DNA of 64,000 nucleotides from an uncultured Holophagales bacterium (GTDB taxonomy: Bacteria > Acidobacteriota > Thermoanaerobaculia > UBA2201). Under the pieces are notes generated by a model. That model had not been told where the DNA came from and did no database searches. It worked only from the letters and a program-made list of their open reading frames with translations. Position numbers and translations under genes: made by a program. This document shows, one piece after another, positions 28,601-43,730 of the stretch. The DNA lies in NCBI GenBank assembly GCA_964603505.1, contig CAZRVT010000001.1, positions 52,215-116,214 on the forward strand, given 5' to 3'. The stretch's first letter is position 1, and every line of letters starts with the position of its first letter.

Positions 28601-29998
28601 TCACTTCTTTACTTCGATCTTGAGCCGCTTGAGGATCTTGCGCAGGCCGAAGGGAGAGAGTCCCATCAGCTGGGCCGCCCGGGTGATGTTCCCGTCGGTC
28701 ATCCGCAAAACATGCTGGACCAGCCGTTCGGAGACGTCGTCCAGGATTTCGCGGTAGTTGAACCGCCCCTTGGAGATCCGGTGCGCGAGGGCTTCCTGGG
28801 CGTCGCCCGTCACCGGCGAGGCGAGCACCTTCTGCGGAAGGTGGCGCAGGTCCAGCACCTCGCCGGGATGGGCCAGGATGACGAGGGTCCGGAGAATGTT
28901 CTGCAGCTCCCGCAGGTTGCCGGGGTAGGCGTACTCCCGCAGATGGACAAGCGCCCGCCGCGCGATTCCCTCCACCGCCTTCTGCTCCTGGGCGCAGATC
29001 CGCTCGAGGAAGGCCAGGACGAACGGCTCGAGGTCGTCCCGCCGATCGCGCAGGGGGGGGATCCGCAGTTCGATGGCGGCGAGGCGGTGGTAGAGGTCCT
29101 CGCGCAGGGCCCCGGAGCGCACCAGCGCCTCCGGCTCCACCGAGGAGGCGGCCACGAGGCGGAAGTCGGTGGGGATGGAGGTGGCGGTCCCGACGGGGGT
29201 CACCGCCCGCTCCTCCAGGACCCGGAGGATCTTGGGTTGGAGGGCGGGGGAGAAGGCGTTGAGCTCGTCGAGGAACAGGGTCCCGCCGTCGGCCAGCGCC
29301 ATCTTGCCCGCCCGCTCGTCCACGCTGGTGGCCACCCGCTTCCCGATCCCGAACAGTTCCGACTCCAGGAGCTCCTGGGGCAGGGCGGCGCAGTTGACCG
29401 CCACGAGGGGGCCCGCGGAGCGCTTCCCCGAAAGGTGCAGGGTGCGGGCGAACATCTCCTTGCCGGTCCCCGTCTCCCCCACGAGCAGGACCGGGGCCGA
29501 CGACCGGGCGACGGCGTCCATCAGCTGGTACACCTCCAGGATCCGGGCCGAGCGGCCGAGGATCATCCCCTCGGGGAAGGTGAGGTTGGGAAAAAAGAAG
29601 AAGTCCTCGCGGGCCCCCACGGGCAGGGCGCCCACCGTTTCCGTGTCGATGGGGGCGACGGGCTTCAGGGGCGGCCGCCGGACGGAGACGAACTCCGCCT
29701 GGCCCTCGGGCGCCTCCCGCACCACCAGCTCCACCACCCCCACCCCCACGCGGTCGCCGGCCCGGAGGGGCGCCTCCGCCACCCGGTCCCCGTTCACGCG
29801 CGTCCCGTTGCGGCTTTCCAGGTCCTTGAGGACCCACGCGCCGTCCCGGCGGGCAAGGGTGAAGTGGTACCGGGAGACCCCCCGGAACGGGAGGACGATG
29901 TGGTTGTCGGGGTGGGCGCCCGCATGGAGGGGACGGGAACCGTCCCCAAAGGGGAAGGTCACGGTCCGCCCGGGGAGTTGCAGATCGAAAAACAGCAT
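28601..29998 (-). CDS. FHA-domain sigma54-dependent transcriptional activator
   Basis: N-terminal FHA (GR..HFTLARRDG..LKDLESRNGTRVNG), AAA+ sigma54 module (GETGTGKE, GAFTGA-like, ESELFG), C-terminal Fis-type HTH. Confidence 0.85.
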   Translation of the reverse strand: MLFFDLQLPGRTVTFPFGDGSRPLHAGAHPDNHIVLPFRGVSRYHFTLARRDGAWVLKDLESRNGTRVNGDRVAEAPLRAGDRVGVGVVELVVREAPEGQAEFVSVRRPPLKPVAPIDTETVGALPVGAREDFFFFPNLTFPEGMILGRSARILEVYQLMDAVARSSAPVLLVGETGTGKEMFARTLHLSGKRSAGPLVAVNCAALPQELLESELFGIGKRVATSVDERAGKMALADGGTLFLDELNAFSPALQPKILRVLEERAVTPVGTATSIPTDFRLVAASSVEPEALVRSGALREDLYHRLAAIELRIPPLRDRRDDLEPFVLAFLERICAQEQKAVEGIARRALVHLREYAYPGNLRELQNILRTLVILAHPGEVLDLRHLPQKVLASPVTGDAQEALAHRISKGRFNYREILDDVSERLVQHVLRMTDGNITRAAQLMGLSPFGLRKILKRLKIEVKK

Positions 29999-30007
29999 CG
30001 GGGCCGC

Positions 30008-31504
<1,497 letters not shown>

Positions 31505-31591
31505 TCAAGAATGAAGAAACGTAAATGGTCAAGAGTAAAGAATAAATGGGCAAAACGGATCAGGAGATTGGTACTGATATTGGCGATCGGA

Positions 31592-31619
31592 CATTTACTA
31601 TTTACCATTTACTATTTAC
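31592..31619. repeat. Perfect 14-nt tandem duplication (CATTTACTATTTAC x2; 4x GTAAATR heptamers on the minus strand) in an AT-rich spacer
   Basis: Read directly: acatttactatttaccatttactatttacg. Lies ~100 nt upstream of the guaB start and just past the secA stop. Additional GTAAATG copies occur at 31521-31550. Confidence 0.6.
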
Positions 31620-31624
31620 GCTTT

Positions 31625-34252
<2,628 letters not shown>

Positions 34253-34350
34253 AAGGATTGGCCGCTATTCTACTCTATTTTAGAGCGGGCGGCAACTTAA
34301 TTGCTGTTCGTCCCTCGGCCGGCTTGCGGTGTTCTCCCCCGGCTGCAGTT

Positions 34351-37300
34351 TCATTGCTTGACGAATCGCACCGCGTCGGCGATGACGACCTGAGAGCCCG
34401 AGCCGGGGGTGCCGATGCGGACGCGGGCGGAATCGGGATGCAGGTCGAAGGTCCCGAGGAGAAACCACTGGCGCCCGTTGGTCTGCTGGTTGACGGAAAC
34501 GACCGTGTCGCCGGCTGCGGTGGTGATCGTGTAGGGAACCGCCGTGGAGCGGTTGGTCCCCTCGCGGTACCAGGTGTAGATGGCGTAGGGGCCGGGAACC
34601 TCCAGGACCGGGCGATACTCGGCGCCGGCGGCGGCCGATTCGCTGATGTACAGGTAATCCTCCTCCCACCCCCCCGTGGAGCCGCCCCAGTTCCAGTTCC
34701 CCGTCCTCGCGCTCTGCTGTTCATCGAGGAGGAATTCCGTTTTCGGCACGGGCGCAAACCGGAAAGCGTCGGCGATGACCACGGTGCCGCCGGAGGCGGC
34801 GTCGGAGATCCGCGCCGACGCCGCCCCCGGGACGACGTCGAACTCCCCGCGCACCGTCCATTTCCCTCCGTCGGCCGTCTGATCCACGCTCAACGCGGAG
34901 GGCCCCGAGGCGGTCTGCACCGTCACCGGCACGGCGGGGGAACGGTCGGGCGCGGCCGGGTGCCAGGAATAGACCCGGTGGGGCCGGGCGCAGGTGAGGG
35001 CCGGCGTGAAGATGGCGGTCGTGGAGCCGCTGCCGTTGGAGGCGGCGGTGCGGTGGGAGGGGCCGTACTGGTCCGGTTGGGCGGAGGCGGCCGACCAGGA
35101 ACCGGTGAAGGCGGCCTGCGGATCGTCCACCACGGCGGAGCGACACGGTGCGGCGCCGTTCCCCCAAGCATCCACGGCCTGCACGCGATAGAACCAGTTC
35201 AGCCCGTCGGCCAGGACCGCATCCAGATGGGAGGTGTCGGGAATGGAGGCGATCGGGGGCAGGACGTCGGGCGTGGCGCCGCGCAGGATACGATAGTGGT
35301 CCGCGGCTTGGGGCTGGCCGGCGATGTCGCGGGCGACAGCCGACCAAGCCAGGAGGACGCTCCCGCCGCTCTTGGAAAGGCGCAGGTCGTCCACCGCTTC
35401 GGGCGGGAGGGTGTCCCCGGCGGCGAAGGCGAGGTTCAGCGTGTAGGTCCCGGCCGTTCCGGCGGTGTCCACCACGACGAAGTAGGTGCCGGGGGGGAGG
35501 TTGTCGCGGGTGAAACCGGTGTCGCCCCACGCCTCGCAGTCATAGGTTCCGCACGCCCGCAGGAGGAGGACGTCCAAATCCTCCCTACTGGAGAGGGAGG
35601 CCGAGAGGGTCCCCGGCTGGAGGGTAGTGAAGCGGTAGACCCGCTCCGGCCCCGTCAGCGAGCGGGTGGACCGGCAATTCGTGGCGGAGAGGACGGCCGC
35701 CCCGCCGACGGTGGTCCGGGTGTCGGTGTAGGGGAAAGCCCCCACGGGATAGGGGTCGGCGCAGGTCCCCCCGGAGGGGGCCGTGACGGTCACGGCGCCG
35801 GCATCGGTGCGGCTGGTCAGCATGAGGTCGGCCGCGGTGATGGCGCCATCCTCGTCGGTGTCCAGCCACAGCGCGGTGATGAGGTCGTAGCCGCCGGCGG
35901 AGGTCCCCGAAGGGACCATGAAGAGGCGTGAAACGGCGTTGCTCCCGGGATGGAGGGTCACCTTGGCGTCGTGGGCAGGGTCGGAGATGTAACCGGAGGA
36001 GGGCGAATAGAGCGAGGCGCCGATCATGGCATGGGCATGGTCGGTCTCGGCGTAGTTCAGCGCGGATAGGTTGATCGTGAAGGTCTCCCCGGCCGCGACG
36101 GTGGAGGGGGAGGGGGAGGCGGCCGCGAGGGCAAGGGGCGAGGTCATGGTGCCCGTCCGGTAGCCCGAACCCGCGCCGTTGTCATTATAGTAGTGGTTGA
36201 CGATCCAGTTCCATAACTTGCCCTGGGTGGAGGCCCACCGCTGGGTCCCCCACTGGCACATTCCCCGGCCGTGGCCGAAACAGCCGTGACCCGCGCAGAC
36301 CGGATCCGACAGGCAGGGCCAGGAGGTGGACGGCGAACCCGCCTCCCCGTCGCCGCAGGAGAGGTCGGCATTGGTGCAGGGGAACCCGTCGTCGGGGTCG
36401 TCCCAAGCGTTGTTCTCGGCGCTGTATTCGGAGCGCAGAATGGCGCCGCTCCGCTGCAGGAGGATCCCGGCGGTGCGGTCCACGGCGGTGTTGGTGGCGG
36501 TCGCGGTGTCGGCGTCGTTGACCTGACAGCAGGCGGTGGAGCAGATGTCGTAGTTGGCGTTGAGGGGATGGAGCACATAGTAGCTGCCATAGGAGCGGTA
36601 GGCCACGGCCCCCGAGCGGAGGGCGTGCTGGCCCCAGGAGGCGATCCACTCGTCGTTGAGGCCGCGCTTGACATAGGTCTCCAAGGAGACCACGTCCACC
36701 GACGAACAGGTGGTGCAGGAGCAGGACATGCCGACCTTCACGGTGTCAGGCGGGTCGATGACGGCGGCCAGCGGGACCGGCAGGCCCTCCAGCGTGCTCG
36801 GCACCAGGACGGCCGGCGCCCCATCGTCCCCTTCCAGGGCCTCCCCGTCCACCCCCTCCTGGGGCAGGAGGAATCGGTGGAGGTCTTGCGCCCGCCGTGT
36901 CCCCTCCCCGGGCTCCATCTCCAGCCGCAGGACCACCGTCCCCTCCCGAAGCAGGATCCCGTCCACGGAGAGGTCGGCGTAGCCGGGCTTCCGAAAAAGG
37001 ACGGAGGCGGTGGGCAGGGCCTCCTCGTCCCACGGCCTGGGGACGGGGAGGCAGAAGCGGAACCGGCCGTCGGGCCCGCTCGCCCCTGCCTCGGTATCCA
37101 CCCCTTCCAGCGGCCGCAGGGTGCCGGCGTCCACTACCCATCCGGCGATGCAGAGTTGGCCCGGGAGGGCGGGTTCCGGCGCGGGGGCGCCGATGGGGTC
37201 GAGCCAGAAGGTGACGGCGAGATCCTGCCCCTCCCCCGGGTCGAACGAGGCCGCCAGCGGCAGGCGGCCGGGGGCGGACACGGAGATCCGGACGGGCCCG

Positions 37301-37482
37301 CCGGGAGCGGGCAGGCGCCCTCGGCCGTCCACGGCAAGGTCGGACGGAGCGTCGCCGGCGGCCTTCAGGGCCACGGTGGCCTGGAGCCCGACCCCGGTCA
37401 CCGCGTCCCGGACGCTCAGAACGATGTCGGCGCCGGCCGGGAACGCCAGGGAAACGGTCAGAAGGACGAGGGCGGCCTTCAC
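34351..37482 (-). CDS. Large secreted multidomain protein: SpoIID/LytB domain + FN3 + PPC-like + two golvesin-C-like repeats
   Basis: Signal peptide. SpoIID/LytB core ETYVKRGLNDEWIASW..YDICSTACCQV..AVDRTAG. PPC-like block VYRFT..GTYFVVVDTAGTAGTYTLN. Two C-terminal ~130-aa repeats ending VVIADA[FV]RF. Confidence 0.8.
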   Translation of the reverse strand: MKAALVLLTVSLAFPAGADIVLSVRDAVTGVGLQATVALKAAGDAPSDLAVDGRGRLPAPGGPVRISVSAPGRLPLAASFDPGEGQDLAVTFWLDPIGAPAPEPALPGQLCIAGWVVDAGTLRPLEGVDTEAGASGPDGRFRFCLPVPRPWDEEALPTASVLFRKPGYADLSVDGILLREGTVVLRLEMEPGEGTRRAQDLHRFLLPQEGVDGEALEGDDGAPAVLVPSTLEGLPVPLAAVIDPPDTVKVGMSCSCTTCSSVDVVSLETYVKRGLNDEWIASWGQHALRSGAVAYRSYGSYYVLHPLNANYDICSTACCQVNDADTATATNTAVDRTAGILLQRSGAILRSEYSAENNAWDDPDDGFPCTNADLSCGDGEAGSPSTSWPCLSDPVCAGHGCFGHGRGMCQWGTQRWASTQGKLWNWIVNHYYNDNGAGSGYRTGTMTSPLALAAASPSPSTVAAGETFTINLSALNYAETDHAHAMIGASLYSPSSGYISDPAHDAKVTLHPGSNAVSRLFMVPSGTSAGGYDLITALWLDTDEDGAITAADLMLTSRTDAGAVTVTAPSGGTCADPYPVGAFPYTDTRTTVGGAAVLSATNCRSTRSLTGPERVYRFTTLQPGTLSASLSSREDLDVLLLRACGTYDCEAWGDTGFTRDNLPPGTYFVVVDTAGTAGTYTLNLAFAAGDTLPPEAVDDLRLSKSGGSVLLAWSAVARDIAGQPQAADHYRILRGATPDVLPPIASIPDTSHLDAVLADGLNWFYRVQAVDAWGNGAAPCRSAVVDDPQAAFTGSWSAASAQPDQYGPSHRTAASNGSGSTTAIFTPALTCARPHRVYSWHPAAPDRSPAVPVTVQTASGPSALSVDQTADGGKWTVRGEFDVVPGAASARISDAASGGTVVIADAFRFAPVPKTEFLLDEQQSARTGNWNWGGSTGGWEEDYLYISESAAAGAEYRPVLEVPGPYAIYTWYREGTNRSTAVPYTITTAAGDTVVSVNQQTNGRQWFLLGTFDLHPDSARVRIGTPGSGSQVVIADAVRFVKQ

Positions 37483-37548
37483 GGATCCATTGTATCATTG
37501 GCGGCCCCCGGAAACCGAAGCGCCCTTCGAAGCGTATAATTAAAGATC

Positions 37549-39306
37549 ATGCCCCGGAAATGGATTGCCCTCCTCCTGATGCCGGGCCTGTTGGGGGCCC
37601 AGGCGCCGCCCGAGAGTTCCAAAGAACTCAAGGAGAGCGTCACCTTTGTGGTGGAACTGGCGAAGCACTACGAAATCCTGGAGGACCACCCCGACCTGGA
37701 GCGGGTGACCCGCATCGGCTACACCCTGGTGAAGGCCATCGACCGCCCGAAGGGGACCTACAGCTTCCAGATCGTCAAGATGCCGGAGCCCAACGCCTTC
37801 GCCCTGCCGGCGGGGTTCATCTTCCTCACCACGGGCCTGCTGGAATTGGGGCTCTCCGACGACGCCGTCGCGGCCGTTCTCGGCCATGAGATCATCCACG
37901 CGCAGAACGAGCACTCGCGCGAAATGCAGCGCAAGCAGACTCTCCTGGGCATCCTGGGCAACGCCCTGGTGCTGGGGGCGCTCTTCGGGGCCTCCCGGAG
38001 CGGGCCCAGCCGGCCCGCCCCGGGCCAGCCCGACCCCTTCACCACCCCCGACAGCGTCTGGTCGCAGGGGCAGAACCGGCACCAGAGCGAGGCGGCCAGC
38101 ATCGTCCAGGCCTCCCTCGCCTTCTCGGTCGTCATGCAGGCCCTCCTGATGCAGGGCTACAGCCGGGACAACGAGATGGAGTCGGACCGCGAGGGCACCT
38201 ACCTGATGGCCCAGGCCGGGTTCGACCCGAAGGGGGTGCTGGAACTGCTGGAGGCCATGCGCAAGCGGACCTACGAGGCCCCGGGATACGGCTACTGGCG
38301 CAGCCATCCGTATTTGGAGGAGCGGGCCCGCACGGCGGAGGCGCGCGCCGGGCGGCTCAAGGCCGCCAGCGAGCGGCCCGACCCCTCGGGGACGCAACGG
38401 GCGGCCCAGGAGACCCTGTTCCGGCTGGCGCAGGCGGAAAAGGACCCCGCCCGGGCCGGCGCCCTGGAGCGGCTCGCGGTCAGCGCCTCCCCCACGGGGC
38501 TCACCAGCTTCCTCCTCCGGCGCAAGGCGCTCGACCAGATGGAGGATCGCCTGCGCGCCGCCCCCTTCCCGGAGCGGGACTACGGCGTCCTGCTCCAGGG
38601 CTACCGCCGCCTGCTCGACCGGTTCAGGGACGACCCCGAGACCGCGGCATCCCTGCAGCGGGCGCAGGCGGATTACGACCGGCTGCGGGAGGAGAACGAG
38701 GGGTGCCGCCCCGCCTTCGTCGGCATCCTCGATTTCGGGGTCCCCTCCGTCGCGTTCCTCAAGGCGTTCGCCTCCAACTACCCCGACGACCCCCGGGCCC
38801 CCTACGCCGCCCTGCTCCAGTCGCGCAACCAGTTCCAGCTCGGCGAGGAGGAGGAGGCCGTGGAAGCCCTGGAGCGGGCCTGGGCCTCCCCCGACCCGAT
38901 GGTCCGCGACTGGGCGGAGGCCTCCGTCCTGGCCCGCCTCCACCAGGTGCGCTCGCTGACCGCCTGCCAGCGCCTGGCCGACGCGGTGGCCGGCTCCGCC
39001 TTGGAGCCGTTGGTGCGCCAGCGGTTCGAGACCGTCCTTCCGCTGCTCGACTCGCTCAAGGCGGGCCGCGCGTTCCTGGACGCCTACCCCGCCTCCCCCA
39101 CGGCCGGCCGGGTGAGGGCCCGGATGGAGACGCTGGCCGAGGCGGAGTGGGTCAAGGCGCGGGTATACCAGAAAATGGGCGACGAGCAGCGGGCCCTCAA
39201 CGCCCTCAACGCGGTCCTGGAGAACGCCCCGGAAACCGCGGCCGCGGAGCGGATCCGCGCCGACATTCTGAAGCAAGCCAATCTCGAAGGAGGTTCCCCC
39301 TCATGA
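37549..39306 (+). CDS. M48-family zinc metallopeptidase with C-terminal TPR-like region (BepA-like)
   Basis: Signal peptide, HEIIHAQNEH (HExxH), downstream E ligand, long helical C-terminus. Confidence 0.8.
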   Translation: MPRKWIALLLMPGLLGAQAPPESSKELKESVTFVVELAKHYEILEDHPDLERVTRIGYTLVKAIDRPKGTYSFQIVKMPEPNAFALPAGFIFLTTGLLELGLSDDAVAAVLGHEIIHAQNEHSREMQRKQTLLGILGNALVLGALFGASRSGPSRPAPGQPDPFTTPDSVWSQGQNRHQSEAASIVQASLAFSVVMQALLMQGYSRDNEMESDREGTYLMAQAGFDPKGVLELLEAMRKRTYEAPGYGYWRSHPYLEERARTAEARAGRLKAASERPDPSGTQRAAQETLFRLAQAEKDPARAGALERLAVSASPTGLTSFLLRRKALDQMEDRLRAAPFPERDYGVLLQGYRRLLDRFRDDPETAASLQRAQADYDRLREENEGCRPAFVGILDFGVPSVAFLKAFASNYPDDPRAPYAALLQSRNQFQLGEEEEAVEALERAWASPDPMVRDWAEASVLARLHQVRSLTACQRLADAVAGSALEPLVRQRFETVLPLLDSLKAGRAFLDAYPASPTAGRVRARMETLAEAEWVKARVYQKMGDEQRALNALNAVLENAPETAAAERIRADILKQANLEGGSPS

Positions 39307-41333
39307 AGAAGTTCGCTTTCGCGTGCCTGCTGATCGCGGGCGCCCTCTGGGCCCAGGACTGGGACCAGACCCTCCAAAATCTCGCCGCCCCGACCGTCCA
39401 AGGCACCCTGGAGGCCAAAGACTGGAAGCAGGCATGGGGCAACGCCGCGTTCACCTTCAACGGCACCTGCGCCCGGGTGGCGGCCGGCCCCCACACCATC
39501 GGGTTCCTCTTCTCCGGCACGGGCACGATGGCCCTGGCCGTCCCCGACCGCATCGCCCTTTCGGCGGCCAAGGTCAACCTCAAGGAAGCGGGTTCCTACG
39601 CGCTGGACGCCTCCAACACCCTCCACGAAACCTTCACCGAGGGGTTCTTCATCGTCTTCCCGTTCCTCGATGGCGCCCTCTTCCAAGGCGACGGCGCCCC
39701 CGGGGCCGACCGGCTCAAGGAATACCAGGAAATCACCAAGTGGATGGGACAGCCCACCCTGGACTTCATCCTGGCCCCCGCCCTGTTCAACGGCTACAAG
39801 GGCCCCCAGGTGATGGCGTTCATCAAGGGGAGTCAGGAAAAGAACCTGCTGTATTACCTCGACGCCAACGAGGAGATGAAGGAGTACCTGTTCACCTACA
39901 AGAAGTCGCGCTACCAGCCCGAATTTTACCAGCTCAACCGGCTGGTGACCTCCCCTACCGGCTGGGACTGGAACAAGCGGAGGATCTGGCCCGTCTACCA
40001 GACCGGGGTGGACATGGAGTTCGTTTCCAAGGACAACGTGAGCGCCACCCAGAAGGCGGCCATCGAGTTCACCCCCACGGTGGACGGGGTGCGGGTCCTT
40101 TCGCTCTCCATGTCCAGCGGCCAGTCCAAGGAGTACAAGCTCTGGGACGACCGGGCCGACCCCATCGCCGTCAAGAGGATCACCGGCCCCAAGGGGGAAA
40201 ACATCCCCTTCGCCCACAAGTTCGACGCCATCATCCTCCTGCTCCCCGCCCCGACGAAAAAGGGCCAGCCCGTTGTCCTGACCTTCGAGTCGGAGGGGGC
40301 CTTCCTCAAGAACTACTATGGCGACTCCTACATGGTCCTGGGCAACTGGGACTGGTATCCCACCCTCGATTTCTACGCCCAGGCCAGCCGGTTCCACACC
40401 GTCGTCAAGGTCAAGGCCCCCTGGGTGCCCATTGCGTGCGGGAAGCTGGTCAAGGAGTGGAAGGAGGGGGACCTCAACTGCCTGGAGTCCGACGAGAAGG
40501 AGCCCATGAGCTTCCCCTTCGTCATCGTGGGGGAGTACACGAGCCAGGAGTTCAAAGAAGGGCCTTACCTGCTCCGGTTGCATTCGTATGTCAAATCCAA
40601 GGATAAAGGCGCCGCTAAAATGGCAAAGAACGGATTGGCGGCTCTTGATTTTTACAGCAATGGGATGGTTCCCTTCCCATACAACGAGCTGGATGCAGTT
40701 GAGATCCCCTACTACCGGCACGGCTTCTGGCAAGCCCCGGCTGGCATCGTGGAATTCACTTCTGAAGGAACGAATCCGTGGGGAAACAGCATCCCTGAGG
40801 AGGGAGAAATTCAATTTGAACGATTCGCGGCTTTAGGCCTCAATGCTCGCTTTGCCCACGAATTAGCCCACCAGTGGTGGGGCAACCTGGTTTCCTGGTC
40901 TTCCGACCTCGACAGCTGGCTCTCCGAGTCATGGGCCGAGTATACCTCCTTCCTGTTCATGTCGAAATTTGACAAGAAAAAAGCTAAGGAGCAATTCAGC
41001 GGGAAATACGGATGGATTAACAACACCGCATCGATCAAAGGACGAGGCACGGTAGTCAACAGTGCCTTGCTCGATTTTGACGAAGCCGATGAAGTTTCGA
41101 TGAACCTGCTTTACAGCAAGGGCCCTCTCGTCCTCCACGCCCTCCGCAAGGAGATGGGCGACCAGGCCTTCTTTACCCTCTACAAGAAGTTTCCCGAGGC
41201 GTGCCAGAAGATGAAGATAAAGGCCACCACCGAGGACCTGATCCAGTTCGTCAACGCCATCACCAAAAAGGACTACCGCCCCTTCTTCGACAAATACATC
41301 TACGGCACCGAGGTCCCCGAGGTCAAGGAATAG
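39303..41333 (+). CDS. M1-family (aminopeptidase N-like) zinc metallopeptidase, secreted
   Basis: Signal peptide MKKFAFACLLIAGALWA; HELAHQWWGN..E gluzincin motif. ATGA overlap with the M48 gene. Confidence 0.8.
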   Translation: MKKFAFACLLIAGALWAQDWDQTLQNLAAPTVQGTLEAKDWKQAWGNAAFTFNGTCARVAAGPHTIGFLFSGTGTMALAVPDRIALSAAKVNLKEAGSYALDASNTLHETFTEGFFIVFPFLDGALFQGDGAPGADRLKEYQEITKWMGQPTLDFILAPALFNGYKGPQVMAFIKGSQEKNLLYYLDANEEMKEYLFTYKKSRYQPEFYQLNRLVTSPTGWDWNKRRIWPVYQTGVDMEFVSKDNVSATQKAAIEFTPTVDGVRVLSLSMSSGQSKEYKLWDDRADPIAVKRITGPKGENIPFAHKFDAIILLLPAPTKKGQPVVLTFESEGAFLKNYYGDSYMVLGNWDWYPTLDFYAQASRFHTVVKVKAPWVPIACGKLVKEWKEGDLNCLESDEKEPMSFPFVIVGEYTSQEFKEGPYLLRLHSYVKSKDKGAAKMAKNGLAALDFYSNGMVPFPYNELDAVEIPYYRHGFWQAPAGIVEFTSEGTNPWGNSIPEEGEIQFERFAALGLNARFAHELAHQWWGNLVSWSSDLDSWLSESWAEYTSFLFMSKFDKKKAKEQFSGKYGWINNTASIKGRGTVVNSALLDFDEADEVSMNLLYSKGPLVLHALRKEMGDQAFFTLYKKFPEACQKMKIKATTEDLIQFVNAITKKDYRPFFDKYIYGTEVPEVKE

Positions 41334-41356
41334 CCCCCGGCGCCCCGTCCTCCCAC

Positions 41357-41389
41357 GCCCCGCGGCCCTCTTCGGGCCGCGGGGTTTTC
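41357..41389 (+). terminator. Rho-independent terminator after the M1 peptidase gene
   Basis: gccccgcggccc-tctt-cgggccgcgggg followed by TTTTC. Confidence 0.6.
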
Positions 41390-41466
41390 GGATCCGCCGG
41401 AAATCCACATATCACTCAATACGGATAGGCTTATGACCCCGCGCTTCCCCCCGCCATGGGGGCAAC

Positions 41467-41495
41467 TTGTCATAGGAGGGGAATTGTGTCATAAT
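41467..41495 (+). promoter_or_regulatory. sigma70-type promoter for zapA (TTGTCA-N17-CATAAT)
   Basis: TTGTCA at 41467-41472 and CATAAT at 41490-41495, ~25 nt upstream of the zapA ATG. Confidence 0.4.
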
Positions 41496-41520
41496 CGCCG
41501 TTGGAGTGAAAGGGACGACC

Positions 41521-41811
41521 ATGCACACCGTCGAAGTGACCATCCTGGGGCAGACCTATCGCTTAAAGAGCGATAAGGACCCCGCCTACATGGAGTCCCT
41601 GGCCTCCAAACTCAATTCCCGAATTTCCGAAGTGGCCTCCCACGCCCCCACCGTGGACGCCGTCAAGCTGTTGACGCTCACCGCGCTCAACCTGGTGGAC
41701 CGTCTGGAGGAGCTGGAGGCCCAACGGGGAGACGACCTCCGTCGGACGGAGGAACGGGCGAACAAGCTTTTGGACCGCCTCAACGACGTGTTGGAGGCGA
41801 AGGTTGAGTAG
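41521..41811 (+). CDS. zapA: Cell division protein ZapA
   Basis: MHTVEVTILGQTYRLKSD.. typical ZapA N-terminus with coiled-coil C-terminus. RBS AAAGGGA before the ATG at 41521; the track's 41506 start is GTG. Confidence 0.7.
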   Translation: MHTVEVTILGQTYRLKSDKDPAYMESLASKLNSRISEVASHAPTVDAVKLLTLTALNLVDRLEELEAQRGDDLRRTEERANKLLDRLNDVLEAKVE

Positions 41812-42077
41812 CATCCTGATCCCCCTGCTTCGCGCGCTTTTAGCCGTATTCCCCTGCTTGGTGCGTGTAGAGCTCCGTGCTCCTGAACCAACACTTCCGC
41901 CCCGGGATCGTTCGTGGACGACCGGGCCCGGTGATCCCCGCGGGGAACTGATGGGCCCGGCCCGAGGATCCCACCTGGCTCTGCCAGGTTCAGAGCCACC
42001 GCTCTTACGGCCGAAGCGGGGGATTTTGACCCTCTCGCCCGCTCCATAGACGGGGTCGCCTCCGCCAGGAGGTGACC

Positions 42078-43649
<1,572 letters not shown>

Positions 43650-43653
43650 GGTG

Positions 43654-43720
43654 GAAGGCAGAAGGCAGAAGGCTGAAGGCCGCCCCTCCCTGGCTGCCAG
43701 CTGCCGGCTACCGGCTACGG
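43654..43720. repeat. Two adjacent heptamer tandem arrays: (GAAGGCN)x4 then (GCTRCSG)x4
   Basis: ggaaggcagaaggcagaaggctgaaggcc ..11 nt.. gctgccagctgccggctaccggctacgg. Fills the rny-ymdB spacer. Confidence 0.55.
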
Positions 43721-43730
43721 GGGAGGGCGG

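Noticed and set aside
34258-37543. Several 400-560-aa ORFs on both strands (34258-35931, 36271-37539, 34721-35530)
   Set aside because: All overlap the SpoIID-domain gene in other frames; Arg/Gly-rich artefacts.
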